A stretch of 43,481 nt of DNA, taken from the NCBI GenBank assembly GCA_009602725.1, contig WELB01000014.1, forward strand, positions 908,234-951,714, in the 5' to 3' direction. Source of the DNA: Spirogloea muscicola. Lineage: Eukaryota. The notes beneath the pieces were generated by a model. It saw only the letters and a list, made by a program, of their open reading frames with translations. It was not told the origin of the DNA and did not search any database. The position numbers and the translations under genes were made by a program. Below, piece by piece: positions 10,401 to 20,967 of this stretch (the stretch's first letter is position 1; the number at the start of each line of letters is the position of its first letter).

Positions 10401-13362
10401 GGACTTGGAGCAATGCTGTGTCAAAGACTACTGCGGCGGCTCTGGCGACAGAGGGCCCCTCTGCTGTCCCGCCAGCCTCCAAGTCGAGGGCCATCGAGCC
10501 ACTCCTTGACTCGCCTTGGCCGCCTTCTAGCACCTCCTTGATCATCTGTGACGTCTCCTCCACATCGACCCTTTCGACGACCGCCCTCCGCCGTCGCTTG
10601 AGGCTCCCGGCAAGAGCCAGCAGCGCTCGCCTGATGTTGGCAGGGGTCAAGCCCGACACGCCCACAGATGCTTGCTCCTGCCCTTTGAGAACCTGGGCAG
10701 CTCCAAGGACTGTGAGGGCTCTGCGCGGGAGGATGAGGGAGGGGAAGAGGGAGAGGAGGGAGACGAGGTCCATGGAGGACGCATCATACTGCTCCATGGC
10801 CGCCACAAAATCGCCCTGCTGGAAGAGTTGCTGTCCGTACCTGCACATCACAGCACCCAGCATATACCACTGAGACAGTCATTTGCATACCATCCAATAT
10901 TTAAGCGATTGTTCAGGCTGTGTTTAAGATGTAAGTTTCTAACAATGAGAGGCTATGTTACGAGTGGGTTAGCAGACAGATTGAGCAGTCTGAGAAAAAC
11001 TGCAGCCAATAGTTTTCCAAAGGCTGCACCTCCTGTGGATGGAGTCCTCTTCTGAAGCCCTCAGCGCAGCGTCCTCGGGAGGGAGGCGCTGGCAGAGGGC
11101 CAGCGCTTCCTCAAACTTCCCCAGGCCTGCCAGCTGGCTCACCTGGCAAAGCCGAAGGAAGAGGGTCAACTAGCTCCATTGTACACTCTCAGTATGCTGC
11201 CGCAATTGTGCGCTCGTGTCTTGACACCTCTCAGGCTCAAGCCACGTAGCAAGATGCTCTTGATTACTCAATGCTGCCTGAAATTAACTCTTGATTTGCA
11301 ATTACCGCACGCCGCACTAATGTCGTACATATCCTGTCTGCAATATCAGTCAAGGGCAAGCTCACCTGCACGCCCAACGGCACCGGCAGCAGCCGCCAGA
11401 TGGTGGACTCGGAGGCAGCCAGGACGCCAGCTTCATTGGCCGCCAGCACAGTGACACCCCTCACAGCCAGGGTCTGGACGAGGGCATGTGGAGGGTCCAG
11501 GCTGCGGACCTGGCCAAGGAGGCCGCCGGCAAGTACGCTTGTCATCGCCGGAGCCAGTGGTCTGCGGCAGCAAAGTCGGCAAGGGAGGAGGGCCGAGTCG
11601 GCGTACGCAGGCTGCGGACTGTTCCAAAGCTCCTCAGTCGAGTCCACCGGGACTACAGAGGCATTGTATGACAGCACGTACCTAAATTGATATATCAGAT
11701 CAAACAAGATGGTGCCAAGATTGACCTTGATGACGGACTCCTGCATCCGGGAGACATACTTCAATAAAGCGCGAGAGAAGGCCGAGGGCGTATGGTTCGA
11801 CCACCGCGACAGCCAGCGGCGCCTCAGACCAACTCAGACCTCCGTGGCCAATTGGCCTGCCCCGCCAGTCCACGAGCACGCAGATACTGTCCTGCAAATA
11901 TTCAGCCAGGCCTGAGCTGCCGGCAGCAACTCAAGCAACACCAAGAAAAGCTCTTGAAGTATTTCTACAAGGATTCTGCCTGGGTAATGTATACAACTGA
12001 AGCGGTACATCGATAGTAAAACATTCAATTGGGTGATCACCAATGTCGCTAGTCCTCTAGAGCAGACCTTGCAGCTGATAACCTGAAGAGACCCGAAGTG
12101 AGCTAGCAACTGGCCCATCAAATAGTCATGCTAGTACAGAACACCTTGACACTGATGCATGCACCAGTGCAGGTAGATAGGGGCCGCTGGGTGTGGAGCC
12201 CGGGCCCAACCTTGCCAAGCAGGAGACTGCCGCCAGCGTGCACGACCAGCGGCGAAGCGGTGTAGCCGGAGGGAAAGATGTTGGACACAGTGCCCGTGTG
12301 CACGTCGAGGATCACGTACTCGCGTCGGATGGCCAGGCAGAGGCGCTCCGCAGCCGGGCCGGCCCATGCGAGCGCCTTCACCACGTCGGGCGCAGCCATC
12401 TCCTTCACCTCTTGCAGCTGCCGGCTCACGCCTGGACGCCAGGGTGCGCACACTCTTGAGATGTGTCGGAAATCATCATTTTGACAAATCTTATACAATT
12501 AAAGCAGGTAAATGCACTGGCTAGACAGCCAACTTATGCCACCAATTATACTTCAGATCCTAAAGCTGAGAAGAAAAGGTAGAATTCGCGGTCAGCATGA
12601 TTGTAGGCGGCCATAAGACTCTCGCGAGGCAACTAGCAGCTCCGCTTCTGCAACCATCGGCCGGCACAGCCACGCCAGGAGCTCGGCAGCCAAGCAGGGA
12701 GCTCGACACAAAGCACGGCTGTCCAAGCACGAGCCGGTGGCAGAGCGAGAAGGTCTAGCGGCGTAGACCGCCATGGCTGCACCAGGCCTCCCGCAGCAAG
12801 GACTGAGGCCTGACGACGACAGCAGCGGCCAGCGCTCAGTGAACTGCGGGGCGAATGGCGCACCGTCGAGGCGATAGATGAGGAGGCGGCGGCGGGGGCC
12901 GGCGACGGCCAGCGCGCCGGAGGGCGCGTGCCAGGCGTAGGCGGCGGCGCCGCGCGCGCGCGGCGGNNNNNNNNNNNNNNNNNNNNNNNNNNNNNNNNNN
13001 NNNNNNNNNNNNNNGNNNNNNNNNNNNNNNNNNNNNNNNNNNNNNNNNNNNNNNNNNNNNNNNNNNNNNNNNNNNNNNNNNNNNNNNNNNNNNNNNNNNN
13101 NNNNNNNNNNNNNNNNNNNNNNNNNNNNNNNNNNNNNNNNNNNNNNNNNNNNNNNNNNNNNNNNNNNNNNNNNNNNNNNNNNNNNNNNNNNNNNNNNNNN
13201 NNNNNNNNNNNNNNNNNNNNNNNNNNNNNNNNNNNNNNNNNNNNNNNNNNNNNNNNNNNNNNNNNNNNNNNNNNNNNNNNNNNNNNNNNNNNNNNNNNNN
13301 NNNNNNNNNNNNNNNNNNNNNNNNNNNNNNNNNNNNNNNNNNNNNNNNNNNNNNNNNNNCAT
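7461..13362 (-). CDS. VPS39: Vam6/Vps39 HOPS complex subunit (CNH domain, Vps39_1, CHCR, Vps39_2 with C-terminal Cys/His motif), about 1018 aa
   Basis: 12 phase-compatible exons: 13362-12864 (spans N-gap 12967-13359, ATG at gap edge is putative), 12431-12211, 11891-11760, 11509-11366, 11142-11030, 10840-10168, 9953-9839, 9547-9423, 9188-8949, 8688-8155, 7923-7825, 7622-7461. Motifs: GKFEEALALC, DTALL, PNYCD, HQEALQLL, AYCD, CDVCHKRIGLSAFAV...LVHFVC. Confidence 0.9.
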
Positions 13363-13576
13363 CGCCGGCGCCGCCTCCGCCAGGCGCGCCGCCGGTGGCG
13401 GCTCGGCGACGGCCTCGGGAGGGCGGGCCTCGTTGGGCCCGGCGCCCGGCGGCCAGATATGGCGGCCAGGGCGGCGGTGCCATCGAAGGCGCCGTCGTCG
13501 GCTCCTTCCGCACCGGCGGCGGCTCCCTCGCTCAGGCTCCGCGCTGCGCAAGGCCCCCCGACGCCTTGGCGGTGAC

Positions 13577-13616
<40 letters not shown>

Positions 13617-13633
13617 AGGCCCTGAGAGCGCCC
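13363..13633. promoter_or_regulatory. Putative bidirectional promoter/5' UTR region between the two VPS39-like genes
   Basis: 271 bp between divergent ATGs. GC-rich, with a site II-like TGGGCCC at 13434-13440 and a (GCG)n run at about 13577-13611. Confidence 0.5.
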
Positions 13634-16600
13634 ATGGGGCATGCGGTCTTCGAGGCGGCCATTGCAGTGCGCGGCTGCGGCGGCACCGTGACCAGTGCCG
13701 TGCTGTGGCGCAGCTCCGTGCTCGTCGGCTGCTCCGACGGCTCTCTGCGCGTCTTCCCCGCGCCCGCCACCGCCGCCGCCGCCGCCGCCGGCGGGCCCAG
13801 CTACGGCAATGACCACCGCCACGGAGCCCTGCTGCCGCCCTCCGCTGCTGCCGGCCCCGAGCCGGAGACGCCGGCGCCGCATGAATCTGGCACTACGCCG
13901 CCGCGGCAGAGGTCCCTCAGGGCGGCCCTGCGGGACGGCCTCCGCGCCTTCAAGCGCGGCGACCAGGCCAAGTACCAGCTGCGACTGCCGCCGCCGCCGC
14001 CGCCGGCGCCGCCTCCGCTGCCTGACGCTAGCCAGCCGCCGCCACCGCCGCAGCCCTCGCTCTCGTCGCCGGCTGCCAGCCGCACCGTCACGGGCTTCGC
14101 GACCAAGGCCGTGGTGCAGCTGGACGTGGTGGACCCCGACGGCCTGCTCCTGCACTTGGCCGACGGCGTCGGGCTGCACGCCCTCCCGGGCCTGGAGGCG
14201 GCCGTGCAGCAGCTCGACGAGACGCGCGGAGCGTACATGTACGCCTGGGACGGCCACGCCAGCCGCCTGTGCGTCGTCAAGGACCGCCGCCTGCTCCTCT
14301 ACAAGCTCGACTGTGAGAGCCCTCGCTCGCCGCGGCGGCCGCAGTGAGAGCTGCCAGAGCCCGACCTCCGGAGTCGCTTGCTAAACCCTCGAATCTAAAC
14401 CCTGAACCACCAACGATGTACCTTGCGTGCCGCCCCTGGCAGGCAGCGGGAGGCGCTTCGCAGACTTCCTTGAGCAGCGCGCGCCCGGCATCGTGCAGGC
14501 CGCGGCATGGTGCGGCCCGCGCTCGCTCTGCCTTGGCCTGGGCAGCAAGTACGTGCTGATCGACACCGAGGACGGCTCTGCCATCGCCGACGCCGCGCCC
14601 TGCAGCCAGCCGGCGCCCTGCCTGGCTGTGCCTCTGGGGAGTGGGAGTGGCGTGCTGCTGCAGCAGGTCCATTGCAGCACCCTCTGCAGGCGCCAGTTAG
14701 CAATGCCTGTCGAGGTGTGGCGGTCAAAAGCTGATGCCTCCGATGGCGGTGTTGTGCTGCGGCTACACAGGAGGGCGCGGGGGTAGTGCTCAGCGTGGAC
14801 GGACGTGCGGAACGTGGGGAACGGCTTGAGTGGCGGGAGGCACCCATTGCAGTCGCGGTGTCGCCACCGTACGCCGTCGCCCTTCTCCATTCGGGCACTG
14901 TGGAGGTGAGGCTACATGCCACCACTTGCCGACTCGAAGTTGCCGGGCCCAGCACCTGCCTGCTTGAAGGTGGCAGCTGCATTGGTGGTGGCTGTCATAA
15001 TAACGTCGAGCCCTGTGGAAGGTCGCATTGTGGCACTTCCCATGTTCTACTGGCGGCTTGCAGTCTTGCCACACCTCTCACGGTGGGCCTTGCGCTGTGC
15101 CAGGTCAGGCTGCTGGAGCCGCCCTTCCCTCTCGTCCAGACGATGGTGGTAGCCGACGGCCTGCGGCTCCTCGCCATTGACAGCGCTACGGGTGCGGTCC
15201 TTGCCAGCAGCTCCGCCGATGTCCACCTACTTACGCTGGTGCCTCTCCAGCAGCAGGTGACATAAGATTGAGGACTACGCGGTCAAGTCGCACACTAATA
15301 GGCTGTTGTCATGGGTCTCATACGGCACTACTGCAGCTGCTAACTTGGATAGGAAGTGGATGATATTGGGCTGATGCTGGCTTTGCTCATCCGCTGCTCA
15401 ATCGTTGGAGCTGACGGGGGCAAGCGCGCCGCCACCCTGCTCTCACTTCGGCGACGGCCGCAGGTCGAGCAGCTGGAGGCATCGCACGAACACAAGGAAG
15501 CATTGACGCTGTGCAAGCATCTGCCGCTCGAGGAGCGGCCTCGAGCAGAGGCGCATGTCCATGCCAGGTGCCCTGCTTGCTTGACTGCAGCTGTCCGTCA
15601 AGTGCCACAAAGGGTCCCGGTGCTTTCCCTCATTTTTAGTTCTGCTTCAGGCCACTAAAATCAGAATCAGGCAACCAAACCTGGCCATCTAACATGGCTG
15701 GACCCTTACCTCAAATCTATCCTCGACCGTGGAAGAATGAGTTGCTGCGCAAATTGTTGCGGTCTGCGCCAGTTGCTTTCACTTTCCTATGTCTTGCACC
15801 GTTCTGAGAAGCACGCTGGATCGCGGGGCCATTCCTGCAGCTTTGGGCAGCACCTATTTCGCAAGGGCGACTACACTGAGGCACTGGCGCAAGTGGCGTC
15901 ATCATCGCCAGACCTTTCTATGGTGCTTGCGCTCTACCCCAACATTTGCCAAGTGCAGCCTGCCCAGAACGACGATGGCGTCGGCGACCCCTCCACTGTG
16001 CCGGTGCTGCGCTTGCCTGGCTCGCTACTAGCCGCTTTGGGTGGCGCATCGGTCAGCGACAATGCACTCGGCGGTTGCCGAGCCAAAGATGACGTTGAGG
16101 CAAGTAGCCCCCAGGAAGCGCTGCAAGCATTGAGGAGCTACCTCCTCCAGAAGCGGCTGACGGTGCTGGAGGCTGTAGAGGCAGAGGCACGGGCTGCGGA
16201 CAGCGCTGGAACAGTCCCAGTGCCGGCCGCTGCTGACCACGATGGGCCAGGAGCAGTGGCTTGCGCCAAGGAGCTGGGCGGAGGCAGCACGGCGGCTGCG
16301 GCGGCTACTCTACTGGACACGGCGCTGCTGCAGGTGCACCTGAAGCTCGGTGGTGAAGGTGGGGGGACAGCTGCCGCTGAGCACCTCCTGCTGGGCCAGA
16401 ACTTTTGCGATGCAGCTGTGAGCGAGGCCGCGCTCGTCTCGGCAGGGCGGCGCGACTTACTCGTGCCGCTTTACCGGAGTCGCGGCTTGCACAAGAGGGC
16501 GCTGGCCATGCTACGCGAGTCAGCTGCAGAGAGCTGCCATGCGGACGGTGAGGCCGCAGTGCAGGCTATTGTGACGTACCTTCGCAAGGTTGGCCCCGCG

Positions 16601-18795
16601 GAGCAGGAACTGGTGCTGGAGTCCTCCACGTGGCTCCTTGCCGAGCACCCCCAGCTGGCACTTAACCTTCTCCAAAGTATGAAGCCCGCCATCGCCCCAG
16701 GTCTGCTCTGGCCCCTGACCCTGAACCTTGAGATATGCTAGAAGCAGACAGACACACCTGCCCAGCACTGCAAGATTACATTATAATCACTTCTCTTCAT
16801 AGCCCATGACTTCCATATTTACCAGCATGTTGACAAAAGTGTTCCTTGGTCTGAAACTCTCATAGTTTCCCACGTAAAGGCATTTCAGGAGTTGTGGCCG
16901 ACCACCTGGAGCAACATGCCCTGGCCCTGAGACCCCTCTACCTCGAGGCTGTGCTCAGGAACCGGTCCGGCGAGCGCAAGGATCCCGGGCATCTAGATGA
17001 AGCGGTGCTTGCCCACTCCTCAAGTGTCACAATCTCTTGCACAAGTCGCTAATGGCCAGATTGGACTTGTGGCCATGCATCCAAGCGGGTGCCAACCTTT
17101 CGCCGTTGCTCAGTCTCCATCCACTGCTACTGATGCTTGTTGTGGCTGCTGGTTGACTGCCCGAAGACTTATCTACAGTCATGTGTATAAGAGACCTGTC
17201 AAACATGCCATAGTTGCAGCCAAGTCATAGACAGCGAGTCTCTGCAATTTGACTGAGAGACCAGCGTGCTTCTTCTTGGTTGGCAGGGCCATCTTCCAGG
17301 CATGCCGCTGAGCCCAAAGGACCGACCCAACAGCCTGCCCAGCAACACGGGCAACTCGGCCGTATACATTGAGACGACGGACCCGCTGCAGGCATATCGG
17401 GAGGGCGCAGAGCGTGGGGTGGCTCAGGACCAATATGACCTCGGGCTCTGCTACGAACGGGGTCGTGGAGTCGCTGCAGACCCTTGCAAGGCGGCAGCGT
17501 TGTACCGCCGGGCGGCAGAGGGTGGCCATGCCAAGGCGCAGTGCAATCTAGGCGTGCTCTATGAGCTTGGCGAGGGTGTAGTGCCAGACGCAGGCGAAGC
17601 TGTGGCATGGCACAGGAGAGCTGCGGAGCAGGGTATCGCGCAGGCGCAGTTCAACCTTGGTGCCTCGCTGGAGCATGGCCGCGGTGTGGCGCAGGACGCC
17701 ACTGAGGCTTTGCGATGGTACCGTGCCGCCGCTGAGCAAGGCACCGCCCCGGCCATGGTCTGCCTCGCCCTGCTCTGCTGCGACTGTGCCGAGTCTGTGA
17801 AGTGGCTGCGTGCCGCCGCGGCCCTCGGGAACCTGGACGCAGAGTGCCAGCTGGCGCTGAAACTCTTCCTGGGCGAGGGCGTGCCTGAAGACCACGCCGA
17901 GGGCATACGGCTGTTGCAGGCGAGCACGGCACGCGGCCACGCAGAGTCACAGTATCGCCTCGGGGACTGCTATTATGAGGGCAAGGGCGTCAAGAAGGAC
18001 CTCTTGCGTGCCACAGAGCTTTACCGCAAGGCTGCCGAGCAGGGCCAGAGCGGCGCAGCTTACAATCTGGGGGTGTGCTACAAGCACGGGCGCGGTGTGG
18101 AGGCAAGCCCGGAGCAGGCTGCAGAGTGGTACCGCTCGGCAGCCGAGGCTGGCCACATGTATGCACAGTTCAATCTAGGCGCGAGCTACGAGCGAGGCCG
18201 CGGCGTGCCCAAGGATGCTGTAACAGCGGTGCAGTGGTACCGGCTGTCAGCGGCACAGGGCTGTGCTATGGCGCAGTGCAACCTGGGAGCGTGCTTGGCG
18301 TCGGGCCGCGGGTGCGAGCGCGACGAGGTCGAGGCAGTGGAGTGGTATCGGGCGGCAGCGGAGCAGGGTGTCGCAGTGGCGCAAAACAAGCTGGGCGCAT
18401 GCTACGACGAGGGCAAGGGGTGCGAGGTGGACATGGTTGCAGCAGCAAGCTGGTATCAACGTGCTGCAGAGCAGGGCCTGGCTGCTGCTCAGCTCAACCT
18501 GGGCATGTGCCATGCAACTGGCAAGGGCGTGGCGCAGGAGTGGGGGGCGGCAATGTCATGGTACCGCGCTGCGGCAGAACAGGGCGACGCGGAGGCGCAA
18601 TACTGCCTCGGGCTGTGTCATGAGCAGGGCCTGGGCCTGGCCAAGCGCGGCGTGGTGGCAATGCAGCACGAGATGAGGGAGGCGATGCGGTGGTACCAGG
18701 CTGCAGCAGATCAAGGCCACGAGGCTGCGCTGGAGCAGATGATGGCTGCCGCGCTAAAAAGTGCCTCCTCTAGCCAGAATGCGTATGCAATCTGA
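13634..18795 (+). CDS. VPS39 paralog (CNH plus N-terminal solenoid) fused to about 12 Sel1-like repeats, predicted 1259 aa
   Basis: 8 exons, all GT-AG and phase-compatible: 13634-14312, 14443-14666, 14771-14905, 15104-15256, 15464-15567, 15841-16700, 16889-17004, 17287-18795 (3780 nt, open). Exons 1-7 are VPS39-like (LVGCSDGSLRVF, AYMYAWD, EALTLC, LDTALL, QNFCD, GLHKRALAML). The fusion junction is inferred. Confidence 0.75.
17287..18795 (+). CDS. Intronless Sel1-like repeat (SLR) exon
   Basis: About 12 repeats of about 36 aa with consensus AQxNLGxxYxxGxGVxxDxxxAxxWYRxAAEQG. Preceded by TTCTTCTTGGTTGGCAG acceptor. An internal ATG at 17302 could start a stand-alone protein. Confidence 0.92.
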   Translation, partial: GHLPGMPLSPKDRPNSLPSNTGNSAVYIETTDPLQAYREGAERGVAQDQYDLGLCYERGRGVAADPCKAAALYRRAAEGGHAKAQCNLGVLYELGEGVVPDAGEAVAWHRRAAEQGIAQAQFNLGASLEHGRGVAQDATEALRWYRAAAEQGTAPAMVCLALLCCDCAESVKWLRAAAALGNLDAECQLALKLFLGEGVPEDHAEGIRLLQASTARGHAESQYRLGDCYYEGKGVKKDLLRATELYRKAAEQGQSGAAYNLGVCYKHGRGVEASPEQAAEWYRSAAEAGHMYAQFNLGASYERGRGVPKDAVTAVQWYRLSAAQGCAMAQCNLGACLASGRGCERDEVEAVEWYRAAAEQGVAVAQNKLGACYDEGKGCEVDMVAAASWYQRAAEQGLAAAQLNLGMCHATGKGVAQEWGAAMSWYRAAAEQGDAEAQYCLGLCHEQGLGLAKRGVVAMQHEMREAMRWYQAAADQGHEAALEQMMAAALKSASSSQNAYAI

Positions 18796-19616
18796 TGGGA
18801 AAGCCTCGCAACCATGGCAGAATTCCTGGATGCTCAATGTGCTATGTGCCATTGCTCTTGTAGACAGTCAGGCATGGTGGGCCGCCTTACCTTCACCGAG
18901 CTGCACTGGCAGTGAGTCTGACAGTGCATATGATAGGATCCTGCCATGTGGCCGACAGTCGCGGTGGCAAGTCAGACTCTGGGTGGTCAGCGTGTGCGAT
19001 CGTGGGCGTGTCGTACGTGCGCCCCGCGAGCCCCGGCAGAGGAGCCGGCGGCGGCGGCGGCGAGCGGCTGAGGGCAGAGGAGGCCCCGCCCAGTGCGCAA
19101 AGCGAGGAGCGGACTAAACCCATGAAGGCCGGGGCTCGGAACGGGCTGCCTTCGCGCCGCTGAAGCATGTCGTGCGGGGTTCCGGCGGCCCTCTGATGGC
19201 AGGACCACGGCCACGGCATCATCAGCTGCACAAGTGCGCTGGAGCGTCTACCGCAGAAGGGGTCCACCTTGGATCTGACATAGCCAGCCGCATTCTGGTT
19301 TCCACGCAGCTGCCGCGCTCTCGACTCCAGGCTGCCTGGTGCGCGGCCGGGCGGCGCCGGCCAGCACCATTGCGCTCTGCCGCCGCCGCCGCCGCCGCCG
19401 ACTGTTGGGGCCTGGCCTGAAGCCTGAGCCCGGCCTCGCAGTTGGCGAGCTGCGTAGCTTGGCGCCCGGGCATGGCACCGCCGCCGCCGGGCGCAGCGGC
19501 GACGCAGGGGCCAGCGACACCTCTTCCAATCAAGCACAACCGCATTCTCGCTTCCTTGACTTCCCTTTCGTTTTGCCCTGTCCGCCCAGCCTGTCGCTCC
19601 CCCAACATAGAATAGT

Positions 19617-19690
19617 CATGAGCACCCTCTGTATGCATCTGGCCGGCATTCACAGCCGCTCATCTGATATCAGCAGCCGCTCATTTCATG
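19617..19690 (+). mobile_element. Isolated 3'-UTR fragment of the non-LTR family upstream of SmF
   Basis: TGCATCTGGCCGGCATTCACAGCCGC...TGATATCAGCAGCCGC matches about 6215-6261 (TGCATCTGGCTGGCTTTCACAGCCGC...TGATATCAGCAGCCGC). Confidence 0.65.
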
Positions 19691-19729
19691 TCTTCTGGAG
19701 ATCTCAGCTTCCAGACTTCGGGGGCTGAA

Positions 19730-19753
19730 GGTTTAAGGCCTTCCTTAAACCCT
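19730..19753. promoter_or_regulatory. Inverted telo-box-like motif upstream of SmF
   Basis: GGTTTAAGG-CCTT-CCTTAAACC palindrome overlapping AAACCCT (19747-19753), about 100 bp before the ATG. Confidence 0.35.
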
Positions 19754-19781
19754 TGCGCCTCAATCCCTCCAACCCGCGCCT

Positions 19782-19812
<31 letters not shown>

Positions 19813-19854
19813 TGTGGTCGCGGCAGCGCGCTTTGCCGCCTCCGCGACCGGGCC

Positions 19855-20967
19855 ATGGCGGTGAGACAGCCGACCGGCGACGCCGGGCTGCCTGCACCGC
19901 CACGGCTGCGCCGCCCTGGCGAGCTCCGGCGCAGAGCACGGCCTCGCCGCGCCGCTCCCAGACGCACTGACCACCGCCGCCGCCGCGGCCGCCACCGTTT
20001 TCGCCGCCGCAGACGGTGCCGGTGAACCCCAAGCCGTTCCTCAACGACCTGACGGGCAAGCCGGTGATTGTGAAGCTCAAGTGGGGCATGGAGTACAAAG
20101 GCGAGCACTCCCTCCCCCCTTCTCCTCGTCGCGCTCACGGCTCGTCGCGAGCAGGCCCGCCGTAGCCGCCTCGCTTGCAGCACCGGCAGCGGCGTCGCGC
20201 CAGATTGGCGCTGGCCTTGCCGTTGCACATGAAGAAGGGTTCAGTGCTCGGTGCTTGAGGCACTGCCACCGCTCACCAGCCTCCTGCGGCGGTCCTCTCG
20301 CAGGCTACCTTGTCTCGGTCGACTCGTACATGAACCTCCAGGTTCGACGCCCTGCCTGCACTCCTCCGCGCCTTGTCTCCAGGCGGCTACAGCATTTGGC
20401 CTTGCCGAGCACAGCAGCCTTCTGGGCGGAGGGGTGTGACACACCGTGGCCGCCGCCCCTTTGCAGCTAGCGAGCACGGAGGAGTTCATCGACGGCGAGT
20501 TCATGGGCAACCTCGGCGAGGTCCTGATCAGGTGGCTACGGCAGGCCCAATATCTTGTCGCTCTCCGCTGTCCAGTTTCATCCATATTTTGGGAGGCTGT
20601 GCCAACAGACTAATTGCTGTCCGCATGGCTGAAGTACCTCGCATGTGTGCTCTTCATTTGGCGGCAACGAAGTCAAGTGGGTCCTCAGCTCGCAAATGAC
20701 AGACGCCAAGCCATCTTTTCATTGAGAAAGATGGCTTGTAGCGCCAGCATACTTGCGGGAGGGGGCATCAGGCACCTCTATGAGCAGCAATGCACGTGGG
20801 CAACATCACCACTGACAGGCCCTCTGCAATTGGTAGTGACGGCACGGCTGCTAATCCTCTGTTTGCATGCCTTCTGTGGGACATGCAGGTGTAACAATGT
20901 CCTATACTTGAGAGGCGTGCCAGAGGATGAGGAGATTGCTGAGGCTGAGGCTGGCGAGCAGGGGTGA
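19855..20967 (+). CDS. SNRPF: Small nuclear ribonucleoprotein F (SmF), 91 aa
   Basis: Exons 19855-19860, 20013-20100, 20304-20341, 20467-20531, 20889-20967 give [75 protein letters not shown]. Intron 2 has a GC donor. Confidence 0.97.

Noticed and set aside
14906..15103. Stop-free in-frame 198-nt stretch in the paralog
   Set aside because: It has GT-AG ends at the same position as a VPS39 intron and no homology, so it is treated as an intron.
17369..18676. Multiple alternative-frame and antisense ORFs over the Sel1 exon
   Set aside because: Shadow ORFs expected from GC-rich repetitive coding sequence.
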